DNA of 64,000 nucleotides from a bacterium (GTDB lineage Bacteria > Fidelibacterota > Fidelibacteria > Fidelibacterales > Fidelibacteraceae). The stretch spans positions 1,760,001-1,824,000 of the forward strand of contig OY781066.1 in assembly GCA_963676395.1 (NCBI GenBank), given 5' to 3'. Made by a program: the position numbers and the translations under genes. Below, one piece after another: positions 18,647-28,868 of the stretch. How positions within the stretch are numbered: position 1 is the stretch's first letter; each line of letters starts with the position of its first letter. The notes beneath the pieces were generated by a model that ran no database searches, was not told where the DNA came from, and saw only the letters and a program-made list of their open reading frames with translations.

Positions 18647-21600
18647 TTGAAACAAAAAGTGAATTCATTGCATCTTAATACTGTGAAATATCTAAGAAAA
18701 ATATTCCTGTTGCTACTGGCAATAACAGTGGTGTTTGCAGAAAATGAAGCCATAGAATTACTTCACGCCGTAACGATGCAAAGGGTTAATCCGGAGGTCG
18801 ACAGGAATGCTCCAGATAGCAGGGGGTCTTACCTGATGTTTGATAAAGAGGTCCATCTTAAACAAGGGGATGTTCACCTTTACGCTGATCGGGTATATCA
18901 ATACGTAGATCTTGATATTTTACGCCTTCTTGGAAATGTAAAGATATTTGATGATAGTGTTACGGTCGAATTTGAGGAGGGTGAATACAATACAGATACC
19001 AAAGATCTTGAAGTGCCCTCGGCTTTTTCTATTGATTATGACGGACGACGTTTTTCTGCATTATCACTTACCGGAAATCTTGATAAAGATGTTTATCTTG
19101 CAAAAGGAGAGGTGGAAATCTCTGATAGCATGTCATATGCTTATGCAGATTCTTTACGTTTTGATAGAGAAAATGAGCGAGCATGGCTATATGGTGAAGC
19201 TTTTATGAGCGATACGGTAAATATGCTCACCATGAGAGGGTCCGAATTGGAATATAGATTAGATAGCGATGAATTTTTTGGTCATAAAGATGCCTCTGTT
19301 TATGAAAGCAATAAAGATGGCAAGAAGCGTTTTGAGGTTTTTGCCGGTCATTTACAAGGGGATATGAATGCCGGATCTATGATTGCAACACAACATGTGT
19401 TTGTTTTACAGGATTCATCTTCTGCTTGGTGCGATTCACTATATTACAATGATTCTTTACAGATCGTCGAGTTCCACGGAGAAGCTCATCTACGGTATCA
19501 AGATATCGATATGTATGGCCCTGAAATGTACTTGGAATTTTATCGCGATAGACTGGGGACTCTTCGTGCCCCCAGAGATCCGCGCATAACATTGAGTGAA
19601 GAAGGGTATATAGGTAAAGATTCAACAAATCTTGTAGAAAAGGTGTCCAATGTTAAGGCTAAAGACCTTCTGCTTAAATTCAATTCTGAAGATCAACCGG
19701 AGTGGATGGATGTAAGCGGAATGGTCGAATCCGAGTATCATGTTTTTAAAGACTCTGTGTACAAAGGTTTAAATAATATGACTTCTGATACCTTGCACAT
19801 TGTTTTTGATGATGGCGAGGTTGCCGATCTTTTTGCGATCTTTGGTGTGGAAGGTGTTTTTGAACCCGATACGTCATATACCGAAATGGATACAATGGTC
19901 ACGTATTCGGGTGATGAGGCTCATTATTCTATCAAGAATGATAATATGTTCGTTTATCCATCATCCAATATGAGATATGGAAATATCAAGTTAAAAGCCG
20001 ATACCATGAAGATTGATTGGAAGACGAATATTCTATACGCTATTCCGGGCAAGAATGGTGAACGGCCCGAATTTGTACAAAATGATGATGACCCGGTTTA
20101 TGGTGATCTTTTTGAATATAATCTAGATACGCAAAGAGGTAGAATCACCAAGGGGAAAACCAATATCGATGACGGCTATTATCAGGGGAAAACCGTATTG
20201 AAAACCGAGGATGATCCTTTATATGTTACTAAAGGTGTTTTTTCTACCTGTGATTTGGAGGAACCTCATTTCTGTGTTGAAGCAAAAAAAATGAAAGTTA
20301 TTCCGGGAGATCGTGTTTTTGCTCAAGATCTGACCCTTAAGGTGATGAATATTCCTTTACTGTATATTCCCTCTCTTTTTATATCTATAGAAGAGGGGAA
20401 ACGTCGAAGCGGATGGATAATTCCGGGTTTCGTGCGACAATCTTACAGGGGAACGGGTATAAATGATTTTGGTTACTACTGGGCGCCAAATGATTATTAT
20501 GATGCACGTTTGGTTTTGGATTTTTATGATGGTCAAGGTATTACAGCCGAGCTTCGACAGCGCTATGCTTTGACGCATTATATTAATAAAGGGGAACTGG
20601 GTTTAAAGTATTGGAATAATTTTTTAGCCAAAACCCCCAAACAAGGTTTTGAGATCTCTATGGATCATTCTCAAAATATCGGACAAAAGTCTAGACTAAT
20701 TATTGCGGGTAGATATACAAACGATGCAACACGATATGAAGAGGAGGTTGAGATCGAAGACCAACTTGAACAGCAAATGATTTCAAGTGGTTCTTTTAGT
20801 ACCTCTTTGGGGCCTTTTAACATGAGTGTATCTGCATCACACAAGCAAGATCTTTTAACCGGAAATTCAAAAACAAGTTTTCCCTCATTATCAATTTCTA
20901 AGTCACAGTCTAGTTTATTCAAGCGAAAAAGCAATAGTGTGCCGGAGCAATGGTATCATAAAATTAAGTATGGGCTTTCTTCCAAGATGACTAATACTTA
21001 TACACACAGCTATGATTATTCCGACAGTACTGTCACAGAAAACGATACGATCATCAATAAATACTATATTGATGATAGCAAGAATAAAATGGTAACCGAA
21101 GCCGGTGTTCAATATTCCGATAAAATATTTGGCTTTTTAACTGTCCGACCATATATGAATTATTATGAGGATTGGACCATGAAATATTATGCTCCTATCA
21201 TGCAAAATGATTCGGCACTTGTTGATACTAATGGTACTTTGCAGTTACAAGAGATAAATGCTTTCAAGCGCCGTAGTCGTTATGATATGGGTGCTTCGGC
21301 TTCAACGACTTTTTACGGTGTTTTTAATCTTAATATTGGGCCTTTGGAAGCGATTCGTCATACGCTTGGTATGAGTATAAATTATAAATATAAGCCAGAT
21401 CAAAGTAAGAACCCAGATTACGTATATCAAGGTTATGGAACCGATGGTTCGGAAATATATTATGATTATTTTCAAAATACGGGCTTAATGACAACGCCAA
21501 ATTCAGGTAATCAAACCTTTAATATGAGTTTTTCACATAAGTTTGATGCGAAAACAAAGAATAAAAATGCTGAAGTTAAGAAGATAAACTTTTTAACGTT

Positions 21601-22246
21601 AACCCACAGTATTAATTTTTTAGAGGATTCATTTCAATTTTCGAATATTTCTGCTAGATCTTCCATAAGAAATATACCGGTGTTGGGGGATCTAAATATT
21701 AATGCGACTTTCGATCCTTATGCTTACCGTATAGATGATGAAGATGCAGGGACATTTACCAGAATAAATCGATTAACAATTCCTAGAATAACATCTCTGA
21801 GAATAGGAACGTCTTTGAAAATAAAAGAAGGGAAACTTAAACGTGTGGTAGATAGACAAAATATCACTATAGATTCTACCATGCAGAATGTTAACGAGTC
21901 GCTTAAACCACCTAAAAATGCTGATAATGGTTTTTCTAACTGGAGTATTTCGTCTGAAATAAGTTATGACTATTCGGCGTCAAACCCTTTGAATGTTAAT
22001 AATAAATTATTGGTTTATACAACGATTCAGGCACAATTAACACCAAAATGGAAGGCTAAATATAAGATTAATTTTAATGTCCTGGACCAAAAGATCACCG
22101 ATCAAAGATTGTCCTTAAGTCGGGATATGCATTGTTGGGTGCTTTCGTTAGATTATCAGCCCATGAGGAATTATGTGTGGATACGATTGAATGCGAAATC
22201 CTCATTGTTAAAAGATTTTAAACTACTTCAACACAAAAATTATTAG
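18647..22246 (+). CDS. lptD: LPS assembly protein LptD with extended N-terminal OstA/LptA-like region (start possibly GTG 18683)
   Basis: FSTCDLEEPHF, RRSGWIIP, GYYWAPNDYYD, C-terminal RDMHCW; N-terminal repeated ADSL/CDSL beta-jellyroll segments. Confidence 0.88.
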   Translation: MKQKVNSLHLNTVKYLRKIFLLLLAITVVFAENEAIELLHAVTMQRVNPEVDRNAPDSRGSYLMFDKEVHLKQGDVHLYADRVYQYVDLDILRLLGNVKIFDDSVTVEFEEGEYNTDTKDLEVPSAFSIDYDGRRFSALSLTGNLDKDVYLAKGEVEISDSMSYAYADSLRFDRENERAWLYGEAFMSDTVNMLTMRGSELEYRLDSDEFFGHKDASVYESNKDGKKRFEVFAGHLQGDMNAGSMIATQHVFVLQDSSSAWCDSLYYNDSLQIVEFHGEAHLRYQDIDMYGPEMYLEFYRDRLGTLRAPRDPRITLSEEGYIGKDSTNLVEKVSNVKAKDLLLKFNSEDQPEWMDVSGMVESEYHVFKDSVYKGLNNMTSDTLHIVFDDGEVADLFAIFGVEGVFEPDTSYTEMDTMVTYSGDEAHYSIKNDNMFVYPSSNMRYGNIKLKADTMKIDWKTNILYAIPGKNGERPEFVQNDDDPVYGDLFEYNLDTQRGRITKGKTNIDDGYYQGKTVLKTEDDPLYVTKGVFSTCDLEEPHFCVEAKKMKVIPGDRVFAQDLTLKVMNIPLLYIPSLFISIEEGKRRSGWIIPGFVRQSYRGTGINDFGYYWAPNDYYDARLVLDFYDGQGITAELRQRYALTHYINKGELGLKYWNNFLAKTPKQGFEISMDHSQNIGQKSRLIIAGRYTNDATRYEEEVEIEDQLEQQMISSGSFSTSLGPFNMSVSASHKQDLLTGNSKTSFPSLSISKSQSSLFKRKSNSVPEQWYHKIKYGLSSKMTNTYTHSYDYSDSTVTENDTIINKYYIDDSKNKMVTEAGVQYSDKIFGFLTVRPYMNYYEDWTMKYYAPIMQNDSALVDTNGTLQLQEINAFKRRSRYDMGASASTTFYGVFNLNIGPLEAIRHTLGMSINYKYKPDQSKNPDYVYQGYGTDGSEIYYDYFQNTGLMTTPNSGNQTFNMSFSHKFDAKTKNKNAEVKKINFLTLTHSINFLEDSFQFSNISARSSIRNIPVLGDLNINATFDPYAYRIDDEDAGTFTRINRLTIPRITSLRIGTSLKIKEGKLKRVVDRQNITIDSTMQNVNESLKPPKNADNGFSNWSISSEISYDYSASNPLNVNNKLLVYTTIQAQLTPKWKAKYKINFNVLDQKITDQRLSLSRDMHCWVLSLDYQPMRNYVWIRLNAKSSLLKDFKLLQHKNY

Positions 22247-22250
22247 AGTT

Positions 22251-23090
22251 ATGGATCAAGATTACATTAAGATTATTTTTCCTAAGGATCCCGCAGTTGC
22301 TATTGTATTGGAAGTGCTCATGGATGAAGCAATGGTGCTTTCATATGAAACCACCGACTACGATCTATCCGTACTTCACCTTTGGGAAGAACGCGACAAT
22401 TTATTAAAAAAATTGAGTAAGCTATTACCGGACATTAAATGGAAAGAAGAGAAGATAGAAAGTCGGGATTGGAATCAAACCTGGATTGACGGCTTTCAAC
22501 CTATTCGCATTGCGAAAAAGTTTTGGGTGACACCACCCTGGCAGGAAGAAAAGATCCCAGATGATCATGTAAAGGTTATTATTAATCCAAGTAATGCATT
22601 TGGCACAGGTACGCACGAGTCCACCTTTCTTGCTTTAAAACTTATGCAGACCATGCTTAAGAAAGGTGATAATATTATCGATCTCGGTTGTGGGTCGGGA
22701 ATACTCTCGATTGCCGCCAAAAAAATGGGTGCGGCAAATATCTATGCAACGGACTTTGATCCTGAGATCGAAAACAATATTAACGAAAATCTCAAGCTAA
22801 ATGGGATCAATGATATTAAGTGGGATATTACAAATGTATTAAAGCACGATACATATGCTTGTGATCTGGCTTTGATCAATATACAAAAACACGTGATCTT
22901 ACCGCTTTTAAAGCGTTTTAGCGTTGCAAAAGACCGTCCTAATCGTGTAATTTTAGCCGGTCTTTTACATGAGCATCGTAAAGAAATCCGGAACGCTCTG
23001 AAAAAACAGGGGTATAAGATACTTAAAATTTATCGAAAAAATGAATGGATCGCCATATCGGCAGTCCACTGGAGAAAGAATGAAAAATAA
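22251..23090 (+). CDS. prmA: Ribosomal protein L11 methyltransferase
   Basis: DWNQTW..FQPI, VTPPW, AFGTGTHEST, DLGCGSGILSIAA. Confidence 0.92.
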   Translation: MDQDYIKIIFPKDPAVAIVLEVLMDEAMVLSYETTDYDLSVLHLWEERDNLLKKLSKLLPDIKWKEEKIESRDWNQTWIDGFQPIRIAKKFWVTPPWQEEKIPDDHVKVIINPSNAFGTGTHESTFLALKLMQTMLKKGDNIIDLGCGSGILSIAAKKMGAANIYATDFDPEIENNINENLKLNGINDIKWDITNVLKHDTYACDLALINIQKHVILPLLKRFSVAKDRPNRVILAGLLHEHRKEIRNALKKQGYKILKIYRKNEWIAISAVHWRKNEK

Positions 23091-23853
23091 ACAATCAATT
23101 GTTTTGTCACTTTTGTTGGCGGTCTTCTTGGGTTCCTGTGGCCCAAACTATCCGGATCCCGAAGTACCTTTAACATATCCTCAGCCACAATTGGATGAAC
23201 GAGTATTAAGTTATAATGATATTCGCGATGAAATGCATTGTGAGGTTAAAGTAAATTATGATTCAAGTTTTACCGAATTGCTTGCAATAGTCGAAGCTCA
23301 GGGTTTTGAAACAGATACATTTACCTTGATCTTGAATGATGCCGGTTTGCTGGGTGATGCCTTGGAAGGAGATGGTATTTATTCCAGAAATACCGATATG
23401 GATCGAATCGATAGCATAGATGGTCAATTGCTTGTAAATTTTAAATTATATCGTGATGATGAACTGTTGAAATCAGCCGTGGATTCATTACCTGTTTCTG
23501 CAAACTTGCCTCCCTCGATCACAGAGATCAGTATGCCAGATACCATCGTTCGTCCTGAAATCGGAATAAACGAGCTGCTGATCTATTTGAGTGTAGATGA
23601 CCCTAATGGTGTACATGATGTCACTTCGGCCTATTTTCAGGTAAAAAACAATACAACCGGATTATGGAGCACCGATTATCCCATGAATGATGAGGGTGAA
23701 ACAGGCGATCAAGTTGCGGGTGATGGTATATTTTCCACCGGTTTGAATATTTCTTCGGCGAATTCTGCTGCAACGAATTATTTTAGATTCAGAGTAAAAG
23801 ACACAGCCGCTAATTTTTCTGAATGGAGTGTGGACTCCGTGGTGGTGAGGTAG
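23080..23853 (+). CDS. Lipoprotein with two choice-of-anchor X-like motifs
   Basis: ATG 23080 after GGAG; lipobox FLGSC; LNDAGLLGDALEGDGIYS and MNDEGETGDQVAGDGIFS. Confidence 0.75.
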   Translation: MKNKQSIVLSLLLAVFLGSCGPNYPDPEVPLTYPQPQLDERVLSYNDIRDEMHCEVKVNYDSSFTELLAIVEAQGFETDTFTLILNDAGLLGDALEGDGIYSRNTDMDRIDSIDGQLLVNFKLYRDDELLKSAVDSLPVSANLPPSITEISMPDTIVRPEIGINELLIYLSVDDPNGVHDVTSAYFQVKNNTTGLWSTDYPMNDEGETGDQVAGDGIFSTGLNISSANSAATNYFRFRVKDTAANFSEWSVDSVVVR

Positions 23854-23855
23854 AT

Positions 23856-25433
23856 ATGAAAAAATATTTAATTGCAATTTTGATCTCAACTTTTTCGATT
23901 GCCTTTGCTTTACCTTTTGCAGTTGCTTATGAGAAAGATTCAACTTTGGTTTATGATGGTATTGGAAGCAATGCGGTCACGGATATACGTCAAGTAAACG
24001 ACAGTACTTTTGTGTTTGCCAGCGGAAATGGCTTGTCCTTTAGTTATGACAGAGGAAAGAATATTTATACCTATTTTGGAAATGGTAAATCAGTGACCCA
24101 TGGTTCGGTTACGGGATTGGTAACACTTGATAATAAAATTTGGGTTGCTACCGCAAAGGATACCATGATACTGGAGGGTTCTTATTACAAAGATTACCCG
24201 GTCGGTAACGGTATATCTTATTCACCCGATATGGGTAAAACCTGGCAGCGCTTTTCTCAATCTGTCGATGGGCAGTATGATACGACAGAAGCTGTATTTG
24301 ATGGTGAAATTGATGCACTTCCCATTACATCGCGTATAAATAATTTAACTTATGATCTGGCAATTCAAGTCACGAATGATGGTGATACCGTACTTTGGTC
24401 GTGTAATTTTGCCGGCGGTACCCGAAAGAGCTATGATAACGGAGAGACCTGGGAACGGGTTGTTTTACCTCCGGATTATTATGATGAACTTAATGAAGAT
24501 ACGCCATTGGATTTTGACTTAAGTCCAACAACGGGTGCCTTAGGTTATGAAAACAATTTAAACCATCGCTCTTTTTCAGTTCATGTAAAAGGTGATACAG
24601 TGGTTGTTGGTACGGCTAATGGAATCAATGTTTCTACGGATGAAGGTGTTTCTTGGGTAAAGTACACGGCACAAAATTCAGCTATCCCCGGAAACTTTGT
24701 AGTTGATGTTGACTTGGATAATGAAGCCAATGTGTATGCCGTCTGTCTTCCAACTCAGTCATCGGAAGCCCGCGGTCTTGCCGTATCTCATATTAACATC
24801 AATGGTTTGCTGTACTGGGAAAGTCAATTTGTAGGAACTCGTCTTTACAGCATTGAGGCCGTAACACCGGAACATATGTTTGCAGCCGGTGAAGAAGGTT
24901 TTTGGTATTCATCCGATGGTTGGAATTGGGCGGATCTTGGAAATGTATATGACGATGACGGTCAATTGCTTTTAACTGAAAAGATATACAGTGTTTATCA
25001 AGATGATAAAGATACCATCTGGATTGGTTCAGCGGACGGTTTAGCCAAATCCGGTGACATGGGTGGAAGCTGGGAGATCATTCGTCGAGTGACTAAAGAC
25101 TTTGACAGTGATATTGCTATTTCTGCCTATCCCAATCCTTTTTCTCCTGCAAGAATGAATCAAATGGGCGATGACGGTTATGTAAGGATATTTTGTAAAT
25201 TACCGGCACCCGGAAGGATATCTATGGAAGTCTATGACTATTCAATGACCAGGGTTAAGGTTCTAGCTCTTGATAAAATTGTGGATACTGACGAAACTGA
25301 AATTCTTTGGAATGGGAAAAATGGTATGAATAATGTCGTCGCAAACGGTGTTTACTTTATAAAGGTGAATTACGATTGGGGTGATGGTGATGGTAAACAA
25401 GTGGCCTGGACTAAAGTAATCGTATTGGATTAA
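23856..25433 (+). CDS. Beta-propeller protein with FlgD/T9SS-type C-terminal Ig domain (PorZ-like)
   Basis: Signal peptide; Asp-box repeats (SYDRGKN, SPDMGKTW, SYDNGETW, STDEGVSW); IWVAT/IWIGSADGL; AYPNPFSP...WNGKN..VVANGVYF. Confidence 0.75.
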   Translation: MKKYLIAILISTFSIAFALPFAVAYEKDSTLVYDGIGSNAVTDIRQVNDSTFVFASGNGLSFSYDRGKNIYTYFGNGKSVTHGSVTGLVTLDNKIWVATAKDTMILEGSYYKDYPVGNGISYSPDMGKTWQRFSQSVDGQYDTTEAVFDGEIDALPITSRINNLTYDLAIQVTNDGDTVLWSCNFAGGTRKSYDNGETWERVVLPPDYYDELNEDTPLDFDLSPTTGALGYENNLNHRSFSVHVKGDTVVVGTANGINVSTDEGVSWVKYTAQNSAIPGNFVVDVDLDNEANVYAVCLPTQSSEARGLAVSHININGLLYWESQFVGTRLYSIEAVTPEHMFAAGEEGFWYSSDGWNWADLGNVYDDDGQLLLTEKIYSVYQDDKDTIWIGSADGLAKSGDMGGSWEIIRRVTKDFDSDIAISAYPNPFSPARMNQMGDDGYVRIFCKLPAPGRISMEVYDYSMTRVKVLALDKIVDTDETEILWNGKNGMNNVVANGVYFIKVNYDWGDGDGKQVAWTKVIVLD

Positions 25434-25442
25434 GGGTGAATA

Positions 25443-26366
25443 ATGAAATATTTAAATAAAATACTACTGATGACGATAATTGCCGGTCTTGCTTTTTCCG
25501 CAGACGAAGCTGGCGGTGTTGGAGGAGCTTATCTTAGAATGCCGGCCGATGCTAGATCTGCTGCTTTGGGGAATGCCGGAACCAGTTTATCGAATGATGT
25601 TAATGCTAATATTGCCAACCCGGCCAATGTTGTCAGTATTGAAACACGTCAATTTGCCTCTTCATTCCAGTTCTTGTCATTGGATAGGTCCTACCAGACT
25701 TTATCTTTTGCCGTTGATCTGCCACCCACAGCGGGAATGTCTGTTGCATGGGTGCATGCCGGAGTGGATGAGATCATAGGACGATCATACTCTAATGATT
25801 ATGCCGGTCGTTACTCCTGGTCACAGGATGCTTTTATTATTGGTTTTGGTTTAGGTTTAACCGATTGGTTGTCTATAGGTGTCAGCGGTAAAGTGCTGTC
25901 TGATCAATTGGCTAATTCCTCTTCTTCGGGTTTTTCTGCTGATGTAGGAGTTAAAGCTACACCTGTAAAGGGGCTGGTTTTGGCTGTTGTTGCAAAAGAT
26001 GTTTCAGGTAAACTAAGCTGGGATACGTCAGGTGAATCATATTCGGAATATCAAACTCGCAGAGTTGATGAATTTCCTTTGGGACTTCATTTTTCTGCAG
26101 CTTATACTCTGTTTGATAAAGTATTGTTTACCGGCGTGTATAAATATTCACCACAGATTGAACCTACCTGGCACATCGGTGTCGAAGGTAAGATCGCGGA
26201 TATGCTATTCATAAGAGGTGGATTGGATAATGGTGCACCGACCTTTGGTTTAGGCACAATTTATAAGCTTTGGAAAAATATTTCCACACGTATGGATTAT
26301 GCCTTTTTACCTGGTATGATAGGTCAAGGTGGCTCACATCTTTTTACTTGGTTATTCTATTTCTAG
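25443..26366 (+). CDS. PorV/PorQ family outer membrane protein
   Basis: Signal peptide; AYLRMPADARSAALGNA, NPA, SADVG; C-terminal aromatic beta-strand (FTWLFYF). Confidence 0.8.
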   Translation: MKYLNKILLMTIIAGLAFSADEAGGVGGAYLRMPADARSAALGNAGTSLSNDVNANIANPANVVSIETRQFASSFQFLSLDRSYQTLSFAVDLPPTAGMSVAWVHAGVDEIIGRSYSNDYAGRYSWSQDAFIIGFGLGLTDWLSIGVSGKVLSDQLANSSSSGFSADVGVKATPVKGLVLAVVAKDVSGKLSWDTSGESYSEYQTRRVDEFPLGLHFSAAYTLFDKVLFTGVYKYSPQIEPTWHIGVEGKIADMLFIRGGLDNGAPTFGLGTIYKLWKNISTRMDYAFLPGMIGQGGSHLFTWLFYF

Positions 26367-26375
26367 GAGTTATAA

Positions 26376-27164
26376 ATGAAAAAAATATTATTATTGATCA
26401 TAAGCGTTTCAGCACTACTGGCCTCCGAAGGCGTGCCTGTGCTAAGTCTGCCTGATTTTGCACAAGATGGCTATATGCCGTCAAGTCCTGTGTATAAAGA
26501 AAAAGGCATTACATTTTCCTATGCTTCTTGGTATTTGGGTACAAATTATACCTCGATCATCACGGAATTAGATAACATCGAATTTGGTTTTAAGGGGCTA
26601 CTATCAAGTAATATTGAGATTCGTGGAGATGTGCCTACCGATACACCTGTCGGGACAACCCAATATTATAACAGTGCGCTTTTCATTAACAAGCATTGGT
26701 ATGTCAGCGATAAATGGGCATTCAAAGCAGGTTTAAACCTTATTAACGAGCATCTTTTCGTTGCGGATTCTTGGGGCGGAGCAGTGAATGCCGAAGCCAT
26801 AAGAAAATTTAATGTCAATACTCGCATTTTAGCCGGTGTAGAAAATTTAGGTTGGATGTCACCCTTGGGATCAGTTGGAACGAATTTGCCTACTCGTTAT
26901 TATGTTGGAGGCGATCTTATTTTTAATTTTCTTATAGTTTCATTGGAAGCCGGGATAAATAATGATATAGATCCGTATTTAAGATGGAGCGTTAGATATT
27001 TTCATCCTGTATTTGAAATAACTTATTCTCATGATACTCTGTTAAAGATTCATCATGTTGGAGCAGACCTTAAACTGTCTGATTTTCGGATTGGTTATGG
27101 CCAATATTTCCATAGTCGAGGTATAGGTAATCCTATGATGCTCTCATTTGGAATGGTATTCTAA
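26376..27164 (+). CDS. Divergent PorV/PorQ-like beta-barrel
   Basis: Signal peptide; FSYASWY, IEIRGDVPTDTPVG, ENLGWM, LPTR; ends in F. Confidence 0.6.
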   Translation: MKKILLLIISVSALLASEGVPVLSLPDFAQDGYMPSSPVYKEKGITFSYASWYLGTNYTSIITELDNIEFGFKGLLSSNIEIRGDVPTDTPVGTTQYYNSALFINKHWYVSDKWAFKAGLNLINEHLFVADSWGGAVNAEAIRKFNVNTRILAGVENLGWMSPLGSVGTNLPTRYYVGGDLIFNFLIVSLEAGINNDIDPYLRWSVRYFHPVFEITYSHDTLLKIHHVGADLKLSDFRIGYGQYFHSRGIGNPMMLSFGMVF

Positions 27165-27169
27165 GAAAA

Positions 27170-27754
27170 ATGGAACGAAAGATTAAATATCTATTTTTTG
27201 CATTCTTGCTTGTATTGCTAATGAGCGGGTGTGAAGCATTTATGCGAGGTTCAGAACCGCCACGTAGACCATCTGTGGATCATTTTATTCCTCCTACTGA
27301 TGCCAGTACGGTATTTACTAACTTGGAGAATGCTTTTACGTATCGTGAGTATGATATTTATTCCAGATGTCTTGCCGATTCACTCAGTTCCGGAAGATCT
27401 TTTACTTTTTATGAATCACCTGTGAAAGCCATTGCTTTTCCGCATCCCTGGGGAAAGCAAGAAGAAGAATTGTATTTTCAGGAATTACTGGCGGCATGCC
27501 ATAAAGATTCTTTATTATTGTTGAGCATTAGTAATGACGATATTCCGGACAGTGATGAAGGTGATACAATTTCATATCAAATTAATTATCAGATTTCCGC
27601 ACATCATAGCAGGGGAGAGTTGGATACTGACTATGAAGGGCGATCGTATATAAAACTAATCAGAAATAATCAAAATTATTGGGTGATCTATTATTGGCAG
27701 GATATTCCTATCTCCACTTCTGCTACATGGTCAGACCTCAAGGCGTACTTTTAA
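27170..27754 (+). CDS. Conserved hypothetical lipoprotein
   Basis: Lipobox LMSGC; PPT..VFTNLENAF..YSRCL; WVIYYWQD; TWSDLKAYF. Confidence 0.75.
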   Translation: MERKIKYLFFAFLLVLLMSGCEAFMRGSEPPRRPSVDHFIPPTDASTVFTNLENAFTYREYDIYSRCLADSLSSGRSFTFYESPVKAIAFPHPWGKQEEELYFQELLAACHKDSLLLLSISNDDIPDSDEGDTISYQINYQISAHHSRGELDTDYEGRSYIKLIRNNQNYWVIYYWQDIPISTSATWSDLKAYF

Positions 27755-27766
27755 CTGGATAAAAAA

Positions 27767-28864
27767 ATGAAAAAATTCTTACTCCCTCTGCTCATCGGAC
27801 TAATACTTCTATCTTGTTCACAATACGACACCGATAAGGTGGATCAAGTTGTTGAAAATGCTATCAAGGAACGGATTTTCCCGGGAGCGGTATTGGTAGT
27901 AGGGAATTCCAATGAAATATTATATCAGAAAGCATATGGCCACTATACATATGATTCATCATCTCAGAAGGTGAAAATGGAGGCTATCTTTGATTTGGCA
28001 TCTCTGTCTAAAGTATTCGGTACCGGCATGTGCATAATGAAAGCCATTGATTCGGGATTGGTTGATCCCGAAAAGGCAGTTGTTGATTATTTACCGGAAA
28101 TGAATAAAGAAGGAAAAGACGAAATAAAGGTTAAGAATCTTTTAATGCATAATAGTGGCATGCATTCATATTGCAGGCCGGGGAAGACTCCTGAGGCTAC
28201 CTGGGAAACGATCTGTAAACTGGCTTTGCCCCGAAAGGTTGGTGAGTATCGTTATTCTTGCTTGAACTTTATTACTTTGATGAAAGTGCTTGAATCTGTA
28301 ACAAAAGAACCCATGTGGAAGTTTTATGAAGAAGTCTACACTAAACCATTGAAGATGACTCGAACCATGTACTCACCAAAGGCGGAATATATTCAAGATT
28401 GTTTACCAACGATCGGTGATAGTACCGGCACCCTTATTATACGACAAGGTGAAGTTCACGATCCTCTAGCTTTATCTTTAGATGGTTATTCAGGTAATGC
28501 AGGTTTATTCTCAACGGGACCCGATATGGCGAAGATTTGTCAGCTTATGATGAATGAGGGTGTATATGATGGAAAACGATTTGTAGAAAAAGACGTGTGG
28601 GAAAAGTTTGTTACGGTTCAAGACGGTTCCAGATCCTGGGCTTGGGGTATCAATAATTACGAAGGTTCTTCAGCCGGTTCAAAGATGTCGGATACCGCAT
28701 TCGGTCATACCGGTTATACCGGAACTTGTGCGTGGATAGATATTGAACAGGATATTTTTGTGATATTATTGACAAATCGTGTGTACCCCGAAGATAAAAA
28801 AACTGTAACTCCAACTAGACGAGCAGTAAATGACGCAGTTATTGAAGCCTTTATAACACAATAG
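27767..28864 (+). CDS. Serine hydrolase, beta-lactamase class C-like lipoprotein
   Basis: FDLASLSK (SxxK), LLMHNSG, YSCLNF, GEVHDP, GNAGLFS, FGHTGYTG. Confidence 0.9.
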   Translation: MKKFLLPLLIGLILLSCSQYDTDKVDQVVENAIKERIFPGAVLVVGNSNEILYQKAYGHYTYDSSSQKVKMEAIFDLASLSKVFGTGMCIMKAIDSGLVDPEKAVVDYLPEMNKEGKDEIKVKNLLMHNSGMHSYCRPGKTPEATWETICKLALPRKVGEYRYSCLNFITLMKVLESVTKEPMWKFYEEVYTKPLKMTRTMYSPKAEYIQDCLPTIGDSTGTLIIRQGEVHDPLALSLDGYSGNAGLFSTGPDMAKICQLMMNEGVYDGKRFVEKDVWEKFVTVQDGSRSWAWGINNYEGSSAGSKMSDTAFGHTGYTGTCAWIDIEQDIFVILLTNRVYPEDKKTVTPTRRAVNDAVIEAFITQ

Positions 28865-28868
28865 AGCC

